Under the pieces are notes generated by a model that saw only the letters and a list, made by a program, of their open reading frames with translations, was not told the DNA's origin and did no database searches. DNA of 64,000 bases from the NCBI GenBank assembly GCA_050951325.1, contig JBMNIW010000003.1, positions 160,001 through 224,000 of the forward strand, read 5' to 3'. A program made the position numbers and the translations under genes. This stretch comes from Clostridia bacterium (GTDB lineage: Bacteria; Bacillota; Clostridia; UBA1212; DUPL01). Below are positions 29,485 to 39,272 of the stretch, piece by piece (the first letter of the stretch is position 1; each line of letters begins with the position of its first letter).

Positions 29485-30876
29485 ATGCTTTTTTCCAGTA
29501 TAGACTTTATATATTATTTCCTAGCTATACTCATTGTAGTATACTTTGTCACTCCGAATAAATTCAGAAACCTGTTACTGCTTTTGGCAAGTCTGATATT
29601 CTACTGGTATGGAGAGCCATTTTACACCCTAATCATGCTCTTTTCTGCCTTGTCTGCCTATATACACGGTCTCCTTATACATAAATACAATAAAAAAGTA
29701 TTCCTGTTTACAGGGGTAACTATAAATTTCTCCCTTTTGCTATTCTTTAAATACACCGACTTTTTCATACAAAATATTAACAACTTTCTAAAAGCGGATA
29801 TAAAGTTATTAAAGCTTGCACTGCCTTTGGGAATAAGCTTTTACACCTTCCAAACTGTAAGCTACATGATTGACGTATACAGAAAAGATACAATCGCACA
29901 GAAAAACCCCATAAAGCTTTTCCTTTATGTGACCTTCTTCCCCCAACTTATAGCAGGCCCCATAGTCCGCTATACCGACATAGAAAAGGAGCTGTCATAC
30001 AGAACGCATTCCCTGTCGATGATATCAAAAGGTATCACAAGGTTTGTAATAGGACTGGGAAAGAAAATACTTATCGCCAATGTGTTGGGAGAACTTTGTG
30101 GGATTTTTAGAAAGTCAGATGAAAAATCCATACTCTTTTACTGGATATTTGCCTTCAGCTACATGCTGCAGATATACTTCGACTTTTCAGGTTACAGCGA
30201 CATGGCAATCGGACTTGGGCACATGTTTGGTTTTAATTTCCCGGAAAACTTCAACTATCCTTTCATGTCAAAAACCATAACCGAGTTCTGGCGCAGATGG
30301 CACATGACCCTGGGCACCTGGTTCAGAGACTATGTTTACATTCCACTGGGAGGAAACAGGGTAAGCAAGGCAAAATGGATAAGAAACATAGCAATTGTAT
30401 GGTTCTTGACAGGATTCTGGCATGGAGCTGGCTGGAACTTCATTCTTTGGGGTGTATTCTTTGCAGTGCTGCTTGTTCTGGAAAAGCTTTTTATCTTAAG
30501 GCTTCTTGAAAAGCTGCCTGGTATTGTTTCAAGAATATACGTAATCATCCTGCTCGCAACAAGCTTTGTCATTTTCAACGGCGATACAAAAGACCTTTTG
30601 ACAGGAGATTTAAAAGGGATGTTTGGCATCTCCCAAATTCCCCTGTACAATACCACAACACTGTACTATCTAAGAAGCTATTTGGTTCTATTGATAATTG
30701 CTGCTATATCATCTACACACTTGATGAAAACACTTGTTTCAAGGTTGAAAGACAGACACAATGCAAGGCTTGTATTAAATATTATTGAACCTGTATTTGT
30801 CCTGGTGTTAATGATTGCAATAACAGCATATCTGGTGGATGGTTCCTTCAATCCGTTCTTGTACTTTAGATTCTAA
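29485..30876 (+). CDS. MBOAT O-acyltransferase (AlgI/PatA-like)
   Basis: LPLGISFYTFQ, FPQLIAGPIVRY, DFSGYSDMAIG, FWRRWH, GFWHG, NPFLYFRF. Confidence 0.93.
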   Translation: MLFSSIDFIYYFLAILIVVYFVTPNKFRNLLLLLASLIFYWYGEPFYTLIMLFSALSAYIHGLLIHKYNKKVFLFTGVTINFSLLLFFKYTDFFIQNINNFLKADIKLLKLALPLGISFYTFQTVSYMIDVYRKDTIAQKNPIKLFLYVTFFPQLIAGPIVRYTDIEKELSYRTHSLSMISKGITRFVIGLGKKILIANVLGELCGIFRKSDEKSILFYWIFAFSYMLQIYFDFSGYSDMAIGLGHMFGFNFPENFNYPFMSKTITEFWRRWHMTLGTWFRDYVYIPLGGNRVSKAKWIRNIAIVWFLTGFWHGAGWNFILWGVFFAVLLVLEKLFILRLLEKLPGIVSRIYVIILLATSFVIFNGDTKDLLTGDLKGMFGISQIPLYNTTTLYYLRSYLVLLIIAAISSTHLMKTLVSRLKDRHNARLVLNIIEPVFVLVLMIAITAYLVDGSFNPFLYFRF

Positions 30877-30886
30877 GGAGGACACT

Positions 30887-31987
30887 ATGAACGACAGAAC
30901 GAAAAATGTAATCAACATATTTCTTTTTACTGCATTGCTGATTGGAACTTTGATTGCAAATATTATAAAAAAACCGGATGAGGTTTCAGTAAGTGAAAGA
31001 AGAAAACTTGCCCGGTTTCCAAAAGCAAGTTTGGCAAGTATTCTTAATGGTGATTTTGCAAACGGGTTTTCCAAATATGTAAGGGACCAGTTTGTCCTCA
31101 GAGATGAATTCAGAAGTGTTAAAGCCTTTGTCCATTTCAATATATACAGGCAAAAGGACAACAACAATATCTATATTGCTGATGGCAGTGTAATAAAAAT
31201 AGATTATCCACTGAATGAAAAATCAGTCCAAAACGCAGCGAAGAAATTTAACACACTATATGAAAAATACTTTGAAGGCATGAATGTCTGGTATTCCATA
31301 ATACCCGACAAAAACTACTATACCGCGGAAAAATACGGATATCCCCATATAGACTACAACAAAATGATTCAGATCTTGACCAGCAGTGTAAACAACATGA
31401 TATATATAGACATAACAAACGCCCTATCCATAGAAGACTATTACAAAACCGACCTGCATTGGAAACAGGAAAACCTGGGCAATGTTATTGATGTTTTATC
31501 AAAAGAAATGAATTTTCAAACAAAGATTAACCTTGATAATTATACGAAAAATGTAAAGGAACCATTCTATGGCGTATATTACGGGCAATCTGCCTTGAAT
31601 ATAAAGCCGGACAGGATGATTTACCTTACCAACGAAGCCATGAAAGACATAACTGTATTCTACTTTGATACAAACGAGTTTGGTGAAATATATCAGAAAG
31701 AAAAATTCAGCGGCATCGACCCGTATAATCTTTTTCTCTCAGGCCCTGCCGCTGTAATAGTCATGGAAAACAAAAATGCAAAAAATGACAAGGAACTTGT
31801 TCTGTTCAGAGATTCTTTCGGAAGCAGTCTTGCTCCGCTCCTTACCGAGGAATATGCCAAAATAACGCTGGTCGACTTGAGATACATCGACTCAAACTAT
31901 CTCGGCAAGGTCGTGGAATTTACCAATCAGGACATACTGATTATGCTGAACACTCAAACCATCAACAACAGCTACATGCTTCGCTAA
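30887..31987 (+). CDS. DHHW-family (AlgJ/PatB-like) exported acyltransferase partner
   Basis: SERRKLA..P, YYKTDLHW, FRDSFGSS, VDLRY. Confidence 0.85.
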   Translation: MNDRTKNVINIFLFTALLIGTLIANIIKKPDEVSVSERRKLARFPKASLASILNGDFANGFSKYVRDQFVLRDEFRSVKAFVHFNIYRQKDNNNIYIADGSVIKIDYPLNEKSVQNAAKKFNTLYEKYFEGMNVWYSIIPDKNYYTAEKYGYPHIDYNKMIQILTSSVNNMIYIDITNALSIEDYYKTDLHWKQENLGNVIDVLSKEMNFQTKINLDNYTKNVKEPFYGVYYGQSALNIKPDRMIYLTNEAMKDITVFYFDTNEFGEIYQKEKFSGIDPYNLFLSGPAAVIVMENKNAKNDKELVLFRDSFGSSLAPLLTEEYAKITLVDLRYIDSNYLGKVVEFTNQDILIMLNTQTINNSYMLR

Positions 31988-34387
31988 TCAGTCTGTATTG
32001 AATCTGAAAGTAAACCTTCCTATAGGTGCCACATCTCCTGTTTTGTAGAACTCAAAGATGTCACCATCGTTTTCAACATTGTCCGCCCACTTGAAGTTGA
32101 ATGACGGCATTCCTGAAAACCATCCGGATTTCATACCCAGCATGTGTCTGGGTATTTCTATTTGCAGAACCTTGCCTTCAACCCTGTATTTTACCTCTCC
32201 AACAATTTCCCAATTGAAGCCTCCGGCAGACACCTCGAGATAGCAAACATCCTCATTAGGACTCAGTCTGTTAACCACAAACTCGAAACCTTCCCAATGC
32301 TTGTTGGTTTCTCCCGTGTCAATATACAGCCTCATCCAGGACTGATCAGTATGCGGACTCAAGTTCTCCCTGGTCTCCACATAGAAGTATATGGTGTTTC
32401 TGTCATATGCTACTTTTGTTTTAAGTATATTGTTTCTTACACCACTTGCGGTATTGATGTAATGATTGTAAGTCGGAACATCCTCCCACTGGGAAATATC
32501 ATCAAATATGTTTATACTCTTTCTCGCAGCCTCATAATCAATACTTCCAACACCTTTGTATCTCCTTATGTTTGCCACCAGCTGATAGTAGTAATTATCC
32601 ATAAGGTCACCATTTACAGGCTCTATGTCAGTACTGAACTCATCGTTGAACTGGTTTACAAACGCATTGTCAATTCCCATCCAGTTGTTATATCTCTTTA
32701 CAAAAAACTCGTTCCAACCATTTACCAGCACAAAGTCCGGGTCGACATAGAGAGCATAATCCCACTGCTGCTGGAAGTTAAGACCATAAAGATATGCATC
32801 CTGCCTGTTTTTGTCTACAACCATTTCATGACCCATGTACGTGTATGTATAGGAATACTCTCCTTTAGCATATCCCCTTCCAAACACTTCTTTTCCGTTC
32901 ATTGCGGTAAGTCCAAGGTAGTTGGCATTTTGAGCAGGACTTACCACCATTTGATCCACATCCCCCATCCTGGACATGCTGTGTCTGGTTTGCGGATATA
33001 CTGATTGGATACCCCAAACACCTTCTTCCGTCCTATCATCGAAATAAGATGTACTTATCCTGCGCATTGTAAAATACTGCTTTATTTCCTGCTCATTACG
33101 GAACTCTGTGTTCAATACGTCATAATTGCTCAAAATCAATGGTTTTCCTTCGTAATAGAACCATAGCTCACGGTATTTTTCCGCTTTATATATCTCCTTG
33201 AACAACTGTTTGAGCTGTATAACGCCTCGTCCTGGATCATTGTAGTCTGTTGCAAACACTACCTTGGGAGCATTTACTCCCTCCGATATTGCCTTTTCCC
33301 AGCTTTGCATGAAGATATGCAGTATCTTCATATCAAGGCCGTCTGCAAGATTTACGACCACAAAGTCAACACCCGCATTTGCAAGAAGTTCAGCATGCTT
33401 TCTGTATACGTTCGTGTTAATACCATTGTAATTTCCATATAACGGGGTCTCCCAATACAAGTTTCGAACCGGCAGCCAGATTCCATGGGATGAGGATATG
33501 GCATCAGGAAATCTTTCAAGTATTCTCTTGACAGTAAGGACAGAGCCAACCTTCTCCGGCTTTAGATAGTATAATATGCCTACATTTCTCGTCTTGTCGT
33601 GTTTTTCAGGATAATCCTTGTAAGAAGGCAGTTTTCTGTTAAGTCTGTCAATAGCATAAAAAGAATCCGGCCTTACATCCAACATTTTTACTGGATGGTT
33701 GTCGCCAAATTGAATTTCAGCAGGCGCTTTTACATAATCAAAATAGTAGGGAATGTTTTGGGACAAGGGTCCAAAGTGTACATCTGGAGTATTCAGATAA
33801 CCAATGCTTCCAAAAGGAGATGCATCCTGCTGTTGTCCGTTATAGTACACCCTTATGTTCGGCCTTACAGCTGTAGTCCCCCATACTCCAGTAAGCTCCT
33901 CTATCCCACTTATCTCAAGCATATACTCGCCCTCTTCTTGAGGCTCGAATTCAAAATGCAGTGTTTCATTGTCTTTATAGTTTACAAACAGCTGTTCATG
34001 TATGACTTCTCCGCTCAAGCTGATGTCTACATTAATATTCCATTTGTACAGACTCATTTTCAAAGTTCCGATACTGTTGTTATAGCTCGGACATACAAGG
34101 CTTATTTTGTTAAAATCAGTAACCGCGTAGAATTGAATGCAAACAGTGTCACTGACATTCAGCCCAAAGGGCGTCATCTCACCATGCTCTTCTGGATACA
34201 TGGGAACTTCCACTGCCTGTCCTTCTACAAGATTTCTATAATATGGTGCATCATGTCTAGGCCTGTTTGTTGGAACAGGCATGTTTGTAGGTTCAACATC
34301 GTTAATATCCGTATTGATGCTGCAACCAGCCGTAAAAACAACAAGTATCATTAAAGCTGCATAAAATGCAATCTTTAAGCCTTTCAT
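31988..34387 (-). CDS. Large lipoprotein with a GH99/GH71-like barrel and accessory domains
   Basis: Lipobox TAGC; KHAELLANAGVDF, EGKPL, FQQQW, GWNEF, DIEP. Confidence 0.65.
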   Translation of the reverse strand: MKGLKIAFYAALMILVVFTAGCSINTDINDVEPTNMPVPTNRPRHDAPYYRNLVEGQAVEVPMYPEEHGEMTPFGLNVSDTVCIQFYAVTDFNKISLVCPSYNNSIGTLKMSLYKWNINVDISLSGEVIHEQLFVNYKDNETLHFEFEPQEEGEYMLEISGIEELTGVWGTTAVRPNIRVYYNGQQQDASPFGSIGYLNTPDVHFGPLSQNIPYYFDYVKAPAEIQFGDNHPVKMLDVRPDSFYAIDRLNRKLPSYKDYPEKHDKTRNVGILYYLKPEKVGSVLTVKRILERFPDAISSSHGIWLPVRNLYWETPLYGNYNGINTNVYRKHAELLANAGVDFVVVNLADGLDMKILHIFMQSWEKAISEGVNAPKVVFATDYNDPGRGVIQLKQLFKEIYKAEKYRELWFYYEGKPLILSNYDVLNTEFRNEQEIKQYFTMRRISTSYFDDRTEEGVWGIQSVYPQTRHSMSRMGDVDQMVVSPAQNANYLGLTAMNGKEVFGRGYAKGEYSYTYTYMGHEMVVDKNRQDAYLYGLNFQQQWDYALYVDPDFVLVNGWNEFFVKRYNNWMGIDNAFVNQFNDEFSTDIEPVNGDLMDNYYYQLVANIRRYKGVGSIDYEAARKSINIFDDISQWEDVPTYNHYINTASGVRNNILKTKVAYDRNTIYFYVETRENLSPHTDQSWMRLYIDTGETNKHWEGFEFVVNRLSPNEDVCYLEVSAGGFNWEIVGEVKYRVEGKVLQIEIPRHMLGMKSGWFSGMPSFNFKWADNVENDGDIFEFYKTGDVAPIGRFTFRFNTD

Positions 34388-34473
34388 CTAGAGTTATCCT
34401 CCTCTTGGCAATTTCATGACCATTATAACATGAGAATTGCTTTAATTACTACAAAATTGCAAAGAAAGTTATA

Positions 34474-34498
34474 AAAAACGGTGAATTAACACCGTTTT
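34474..34498 (-). terminator. Intrinsic terminator
   Basis: AAAACGGTG-AATTAA-CACCGTTTT. Confidence 0.65.
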
Positions 34499-34499
34499 A

Positions 34500-35648
34500 T
34501 CATCCAACATGTTCCTTTATGTATTCCTCAAGCACGTTGCATGCATAATCAATTTCCTCAAATTTATTAAAATATCCAAAGCTGAATCTCACCGTCCCGG
34601 TCTCTTCAGTTCCTATTGTTTTATGCGCAAGAGGAGCACAATGAAAACCTGGACGGGTTGCTATTCCTCTTTTGGAAAGGTAGTTGGATATGGAACTGCA
34701 GTCAGCTCCTGGTATGGTTATTGAAACTACGCCCACATGCCTGCACCTTGAATCATCGTATATCCTTACTCCAGGTATGTCGGACACCTTGCTAACAAAG
34801 TATTCCCTAAGCCTTGCTTCATGTCTTTCAATATTCCTTACTCCAACCTTTTGAACAAATTCCACTCCTGCATTCAATGCAGCTATTCCATGGGTGTTCA
34901 TTGTTCCTGCCTCAAAACATTCAGGCATATCCACCGGATGATTGATATCAAAACTCCTGCTTCCGGATCCCCCATGCATGAAAGGCTTCAGCCTTACATG
35001 TGGCGCCACATATATGCCACCTGTTCCCTGCAGGCCAAACAAACCCTTGTGCCCTGTAAAACACAATATGTCAATATTCATCTCATTGACATTGATATCA
35101 ATCACTCCTGCTGTTTGTGCCGCATCAACAATAAACAGGATTCCTTTTTTTCTGCATGCCTCTCCAACAACTTTAATGTCATTGACTATTCCTGTGACAT
35201 TGGATGCATGAGTCATAACAACCGCACCGGTGATTCCCGACATTGCGTCAATCAACCTTTCCGGATCCAGCCTTCCCTTTTGATCCGCCTGAATTATATT
35301 ATAAAAACCTCTTTTTGCAAGAGGTCTAAGTACGGAATTATGCTCCATGGATGTAGTTATAATCTCACCCATGCACAAACTTATAGCTGCGTTTAATGCA
35401 TGCGTCGCATTCAAGGTGAATGCGACTCTTAGAGGCTCTCTTATGCAAAACAAGCTCGCTATTTTTTCTCTTGTCTCATACAGCTTATAGGATGACCATA
35501 ACGCACTTTCATGGGCGCCCCTGCCTGGGTTCCCTGCCTTCTCAATAGCTTCCAAAACACTCTTTGAGACCTCAGGTGGTTTTGGCCATGATGTAGCCGC
35601 ATTGTCAAAGTATATCAATCTACCACCTCTTATTTGCTCCTTATTCAT
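34500..35648 (-). CDS. Cysteine desulfurase family (class V PLP) protein
   Basis: YFDNAATSWPKP, EHNSV, DAAQTAG, TGHKGL, GFHCAP. Confidence 0.9.
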   Translation of the reverse strand: MNKEQIRGGRLIYFDNAATSWPKPPEVSKSVLEAIEKAGNPGRGAHESALWSSYKLYETREKIASLFCIREPLRVAFTLNATHALNAAISLCMGEIITTSMEHNSVLRPLAKRGFYNIIQADQKGRLDPERLIDAMSGITGAVVMTHASNVTGIVNDIKVVGEACRKKGILFIVDAAQTAGVIDINVNEMNIDILCFTGHKGLFGLQGTGGIYVAPHVRLKPFMHGGSGSRSFDINHPVDMPECFEAGTMNTHGIAALNAGVEFVQKVGVRNIERHEARLREYFVSKVSDIPGVRIYDDSRCRHVGVVSITIPGADCSSISNYLSKRGIATRPGFHCAPLAHKTIGTEETGTVRFSFGYFNKFEEIDYACNVLEEYIKEHVG

Positions 35649-35686
35649 ACAATATAATATGAATCAAGCAAATAAAAGGTTAAGAG

Positions 35687-36544
35687 CTATATTTCCTCAA
35701 TAATAACTTCCAGCCTGTTTTTGCCTGCATTTATGCATGCAAGAACATCTTCTGTTCCTTCATACTCGATTGTAACATTGCCATCATATCCATTGTTCTT
35801 CAGGATTCTCAGGCACTTCTTGACCGGCACCACTCCATCACCGACTGCACAGCCTTTGAGAAAGTTACCACCCCTAGTCATAAACCAACCCGGTGAGCTG
35901 GGAGCATCGTCGCCATCGTGGTAATAGAAGTCTTTTGCATGAACACCGAATACATAGTTCTTGAGAACACCGGTCGCCTTTGCAGGATCCTCGTCAACAC
36001 AAAGGAAGTTGCCCAGGTCCAATAAAGCTCCATAGTTGTCGGAATTCACACCATCAATAAGCATCTCCACCCTGTGACTATCCTGGGTGTAGAATCCGTG
36101 ATTTTCAATAGATGTCCTTACTCCAAGGCTTTCTGCATACTCTGTTACAACTCTTACACCTTTTATTAAAAGAGGAAGATTGTTTTCAAAACTTTTGTAT
36201 CCCCCTGGCATTGGTCCGTATGCCACATCATGCCTCATAAAGTCTACACCAAGCGCATGCGCAACATCAACTTCGCCCTTCAGTCTTTCAATTTCCTCTT
36301 CCTGATTGTTGCAGAGTAAATTTCCGCCAACACTGTAACCTGTTATCTTGATACCAACATTTTCTGCAAGGTCTTTCAAATGCTTTGCATAATCAATAGC
36401 CGTCATTCCTTCAGGAACCCAGAGACCTGCAAACTCAATACCGTAAAAACCCATTTCCTTCGCCTTGTAAATAACATTCTCCGGCTTTAAGGATCCTTCC
36501 CTTACCAGTCTGGAAAAACTGTAGGAACTTACACAAATGTTCAT
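35687..36544 (-). CDS. Sugar phosphate isomerase/epimerase (xylose isomerase-like TIM barrel)
   Basis: IENHG, DLGNF, HAKDF, TIEYEG; start MNIC at 36544 after GGAGG. Confidence 0.85.
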   Translation of the reverse strand: MNICVSSYSFSRLVREGSLKPENVIYKAKEMGFYGIEFAGLWVPEGMTAIDYAKHLKDLAENVGIKITGYSVGGNLLCNNQEEEIERLKGEVDVAHALGVDFMRHDVAYGPMPGGYKSFENNLPLLIKGVRVVTEYAESLGVRTSIENHGFYTQDSHRVEMLIDGVNSDNYGALLDLGNFLCVDEDPAKATGVLKNYVFGVHAKDFYYHDGDDAPSSPGWFMTRGGNFLKGCAVGDGVVPVKKCLRILKNNGYDGNVTIEYEGTEDVLACINAGKNRLEVIIEEI

Positions 36545-36616
36545 AAAATACCTCCCAAAATATTGAAATCCGGATATGTCAAAAAACACACATCCGGCAT
36601 TTTTAGTCTTTCATTA

Positions 36617-36766
36617 TCATACTTCGCTGAAAGCACTTTTATCAAGACCACAAATTGGACAAACCCAGTCATCTGGCAAATCTTCAAAAGCTGTACCAGC
36701 TGGAATATCGTTTTCTGGATCTCCCTCAGCTGGGTCGTAAACATAACCACAGAGACACTCGTACAT
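36617..36766 (-). CDS. Rubredoxin, 49 aa (missing from the ORF track)
   Basis: [49 protein letters not shown]; AAGGAGG RBS. Confidence 0.92.
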   Translation of the reverse strand: MYECLCGYVYDPAEGDPENDIPAGTAFEDLPDDWVCPICGLDKSAFSEV

Positions 36767-36892
36767 TCATACCCCTCCTTTATATTATACATGCGCAGAA
36801 AGAATATCAGAAGGCTTAAGGATTGTCAATAGAATAATGCCAAATATTGTGATAATATAATTATAAATATAATTTACACACAAGAGGTTTAC

Positions 36893-37606
36893 ATGTCGGC
36901 ACTTACTTTAAAAATAATTGCATGCATTGCGATGCTTTTAGATCATATAGGATACACATTGAAAATAACATACCCATACAGAATAATTGGCAGGATTGCT
37001 TTTCCCATATACGCATTTCTGCTAACCGAAGGATATCACCACACTAAAGACTTCAAAAGATATCTAAAGAGGCTTTTTCTGTTTGCTCTTGTATCAGAAA
37101 TACCCTTCAACCTGTTTTCAAAAGGCAAACTGATTGACATAAGTTCGTCAAAAAACATCTTCTTTACCCTGTCACTATCCCTGCTTCTTCTTTACTGGCT
37201 TGACGAGTCCAAGAAAATATACGAAGACAAACCTAGACTGATACTATTATCCACAATACTGGTTTCATTATTCTGCCTCACCGCAGAACTTATCAATGTT
37301 GATTACGGATTCTACGGCATACTGACAGTTCTTTGTTTCAGGTACATGAAGCATTGTAGAAGAAAAAACCTCGCCACCATAACCGGCCATACAGTTGTAA
37401 TATTTTCTTACATTCTGTTAAGCCAGAACAATTCCTGGGCTTTTGTGCAACTGTATGCTCTTTTTGCACTTGTTCCAATTCTCCTGTACAACGGAAAAAA
37501 AGGTCATAATCCAACCAACCGGACAATGAACAAGATTATACAATATGCATTCTACGCCTACTACCCATTACACATGCTAATTATATACCTGTTTACATCT
37601 CTCTAA
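36893..37606 (+). CDS. TraX-family membrane protein
   Basis: LKIIACIAMLLDH, GRIAFP, EGYHHT, SEIPF, DYG, YNGKKG, FYAYYPLH. Confidence 0.88.
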   Translation: MSALTLKIIACIAMLLDHIGYTLKITYPYRIIGRIAFPIYAFLLTEGYHHTKDFKRYLKRLFLFALVSEIPFNLFSKGKLIDISSSKNIFFTLSLSLLLLYWLDESKKIYEDKPRLILLSTILVSLFCLTAELINVDYGFYGILTVLCFRYMKHCRRKNLATITGHTVVIFSYILLSQNNSWAFVQLYALFALVPILLYNGKKGHNPTNRTMNKIIQYAFYAYYPLHMLIIYLFTSL

Positions 37607-37660
37607 CTGTAAAGAAAAAGGTTTCAAGCAAAACCTATATAACTGTTGCAGAAATATGTA

Positions 37661-37688
37661 AAAAGGGATTGGAAATCCAACCCCTTTC
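37661..37688. terminator. Terminator between convergent genes
   Basis: AAAAGGGATTGG-AAAT-CCAACCCCTTTT. Confidence 0.7.
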
Positions 37689-37699
37689 AAACAAAACAA

Positions 37700-38305
37700 T
37701 TAAGTTGTAAACAATACCAGTATAAAGTCTTTAACCCGTGCAATCGCTTCCCGGATATCTCTCTGCAGCTGGTTTGCATAATCTATTTTTTCTGCCGGGT
37801 ATCCGTAAGCCTCAATACCCATTTTCCTTGCATTGTATATTGCTCTGTACATGTGGTACTCCTGGGTGCAAATTATCACCTTGTCAACACCAAACTCATC
37901 TTTAAGCCTTTTCATGGACTCAAAGGTGGAAAGCCCCATCGTATCCGTTATAATACATTCCTCGGGAACGCCCAGCTCTATGGCTCTTTTCTTCATGGGA
38001 TCAACCTCGTTGTAGTCTTCCCTTTGTGCATCCCCGCTCATAATAATTGCTGGAACTCTGCCTTCTTCAAAAAGCTTTACAGATGCCTTCACCCTATCAT
38101 CCAGGATCAAGCTCAGTCTTCCGTCTTTGTACACCTTCGCGCCCAAAACAACTATGTATTCGGCCTCTAGGTCCTTGACACTATCATCATCCAGGATATA
38201 TTGCCTTGAGTAGTTCACCATATACAGATTTATTGCTATCAATGCCAGCAAACCAAGCAGACAAACTGCAATCAGCAACGCTATAATCACTTTTTTCCGT
38301 TTCAA
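37700..38305 (-). CDS. SanA/YdcF/ElyC (DUF218) family protein
   Basis: VVLGA, DRV, MSGD, GLSTFES, TQEYHMYRA, REAIAR. Confidence 0.88.
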   Translation of the reverse strand: MKRKKVIIALLIAVCLLGLLALIAINLYMVNYSRQYILDDDSVKDLEAEYIVVLGAKVYKDGRLSLILDDRVKASVKLFEEGRVPAIIMSGDAQREDYNEVDPMKKRAIELGVPEECIITDTMGLSTFESMKRLKDEFGVDKVIICTQEYHMYRAIYNARKMGIEAYGYPAEKIDYANQLQRDIREAIARVKDFILVLFTT

Positions 38306-38338
38306 GCGCTTCTTCCTTTATACTGTATTTCAATACCT

Positions 38339-39034
38339 CTATACAGCCAGTTCCTTCCTTATATTCCCAATCATTCTCTTTACCTGAGGTATTAATACGA
38401 TAATTATACACAGAATCATTTCAGGAATCAAGAAAACCGCATTATACATAAACGAATAAGGAACCACTGCATATCCCAGTTCCTTTGCATATTCTCCAAA
38501 GAAAACAACTCCAGAGACAAAGTGGCACATAAGTCTTACCATATACCCGGCAATTATACCAGGAATTATATTCTTTCTGTAGAAGCCAGCAAGACCGAAG
38601 GCTGTAAATGCAAGCGGATAATCAAGTAAAAACTGGATGATTCCTACTGTATATGCACCTTGCAGAAGCTGTAAAAGGGAATATGCAAAAGCAGCAGCAA
38701 GCCCATGCTTTGGACCATACAGATATGCAAACAGGATAATAGGCAGACCTGATGCAAGAGTAAGAGCTCCGCCTTGAGGCAGGTCCAGAAGCTTGATAAA
38801 GGACAATACAAACGCAATTGATATGCACAAAGCTCCTGTTACAAGCACTTTTACATCCGTTTTACGTTTGGGCTTTGGCGCATCTTTTTCTTTCCTGTAT
38901 TGGAGAACAAGAAAAACGACAAGAGCGATGGCTACTAGCACCACAATACCAAAGACTACCGGATTCTCAAATATCTTGTCAAATTTTAGAATCTCGGTGC
39001 CATCCGTGAGAAACTCAAACAAGTTTTTGTTCAT
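38339..39034 (-). CDS. thiT: ECF S-component thiamine transporter ThiT
   Basis: LPQGGALT, QFLLDY, HFVSGVVFFGEYA, YN; TPP riboswitch upstream. Confidence 0.9.
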   Translation of the reverse strand: MNKNLFEFLTDGTEILKFDKIFENPVVFGIVVLVAIALVVFLVLQYRKEKDAPKPKRKTDVKVLVTGALCISIAFVLSFIKLLDLPQGGALTLASGLPIILFAYLYGPKHGLAAAFAYSLLQLLQGAYTVGIIQFLLDYPLAFTAFGLAGFYRKNIIPGIIAGYMVRLMCHFVSGVVFFGEYAKELGYAVVPYSFMYNAVFLIPEMILCIIIVLIPQVKRMIGNIRKELAV

Positions 39035-39190
39035 AAAAAAACCTCCAAGTAATTATTCTTGAAGGAAGCTTAGTTACACATATATTGTTCATGTGAAACC
39101 GCTTCCCTACGGTAGGATTACCTACACAGGTTCGTGGGGTTTAAAGGTCCGGACCTTAATCTCAGCCATTCTTGGGCTCCCCCAGCGGAC
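39035..39190 (-). promoter_or_regulatory. TPP riboswitch plus terminator/SD-sequestering hairpin
   Basis: GGGGAGC...GGCTGAGA...ACCC...AACCTG...TAAT...CGTAGGGAAG; then CCTTCAAG...CTTGGAGG-T7-ATG. Confidence 0.92.
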
Positions 39191-39226
39191 AATAATATAT
39201 TACATCAACACCTGGCATTTGTCAAT

Positions 39227-39263
39227 AAAACAAGGAGCAGTACCTGTCCTGGTACTGCTCCTG
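39227..39263 (-). terminator. Intrinsic terminator
   Basis: AGGAGCAGTACC-loop-GGTACTGCTCCT. Confidence 0.8.
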
Positions 39264-39272
39264 ATAATATGT

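Noticed and set aside
36893-37606. TraX as a sign of a conjugative element
   Set aside because: No relaxase, T4SS or integrase nearby; orphan TraX-family genes are common
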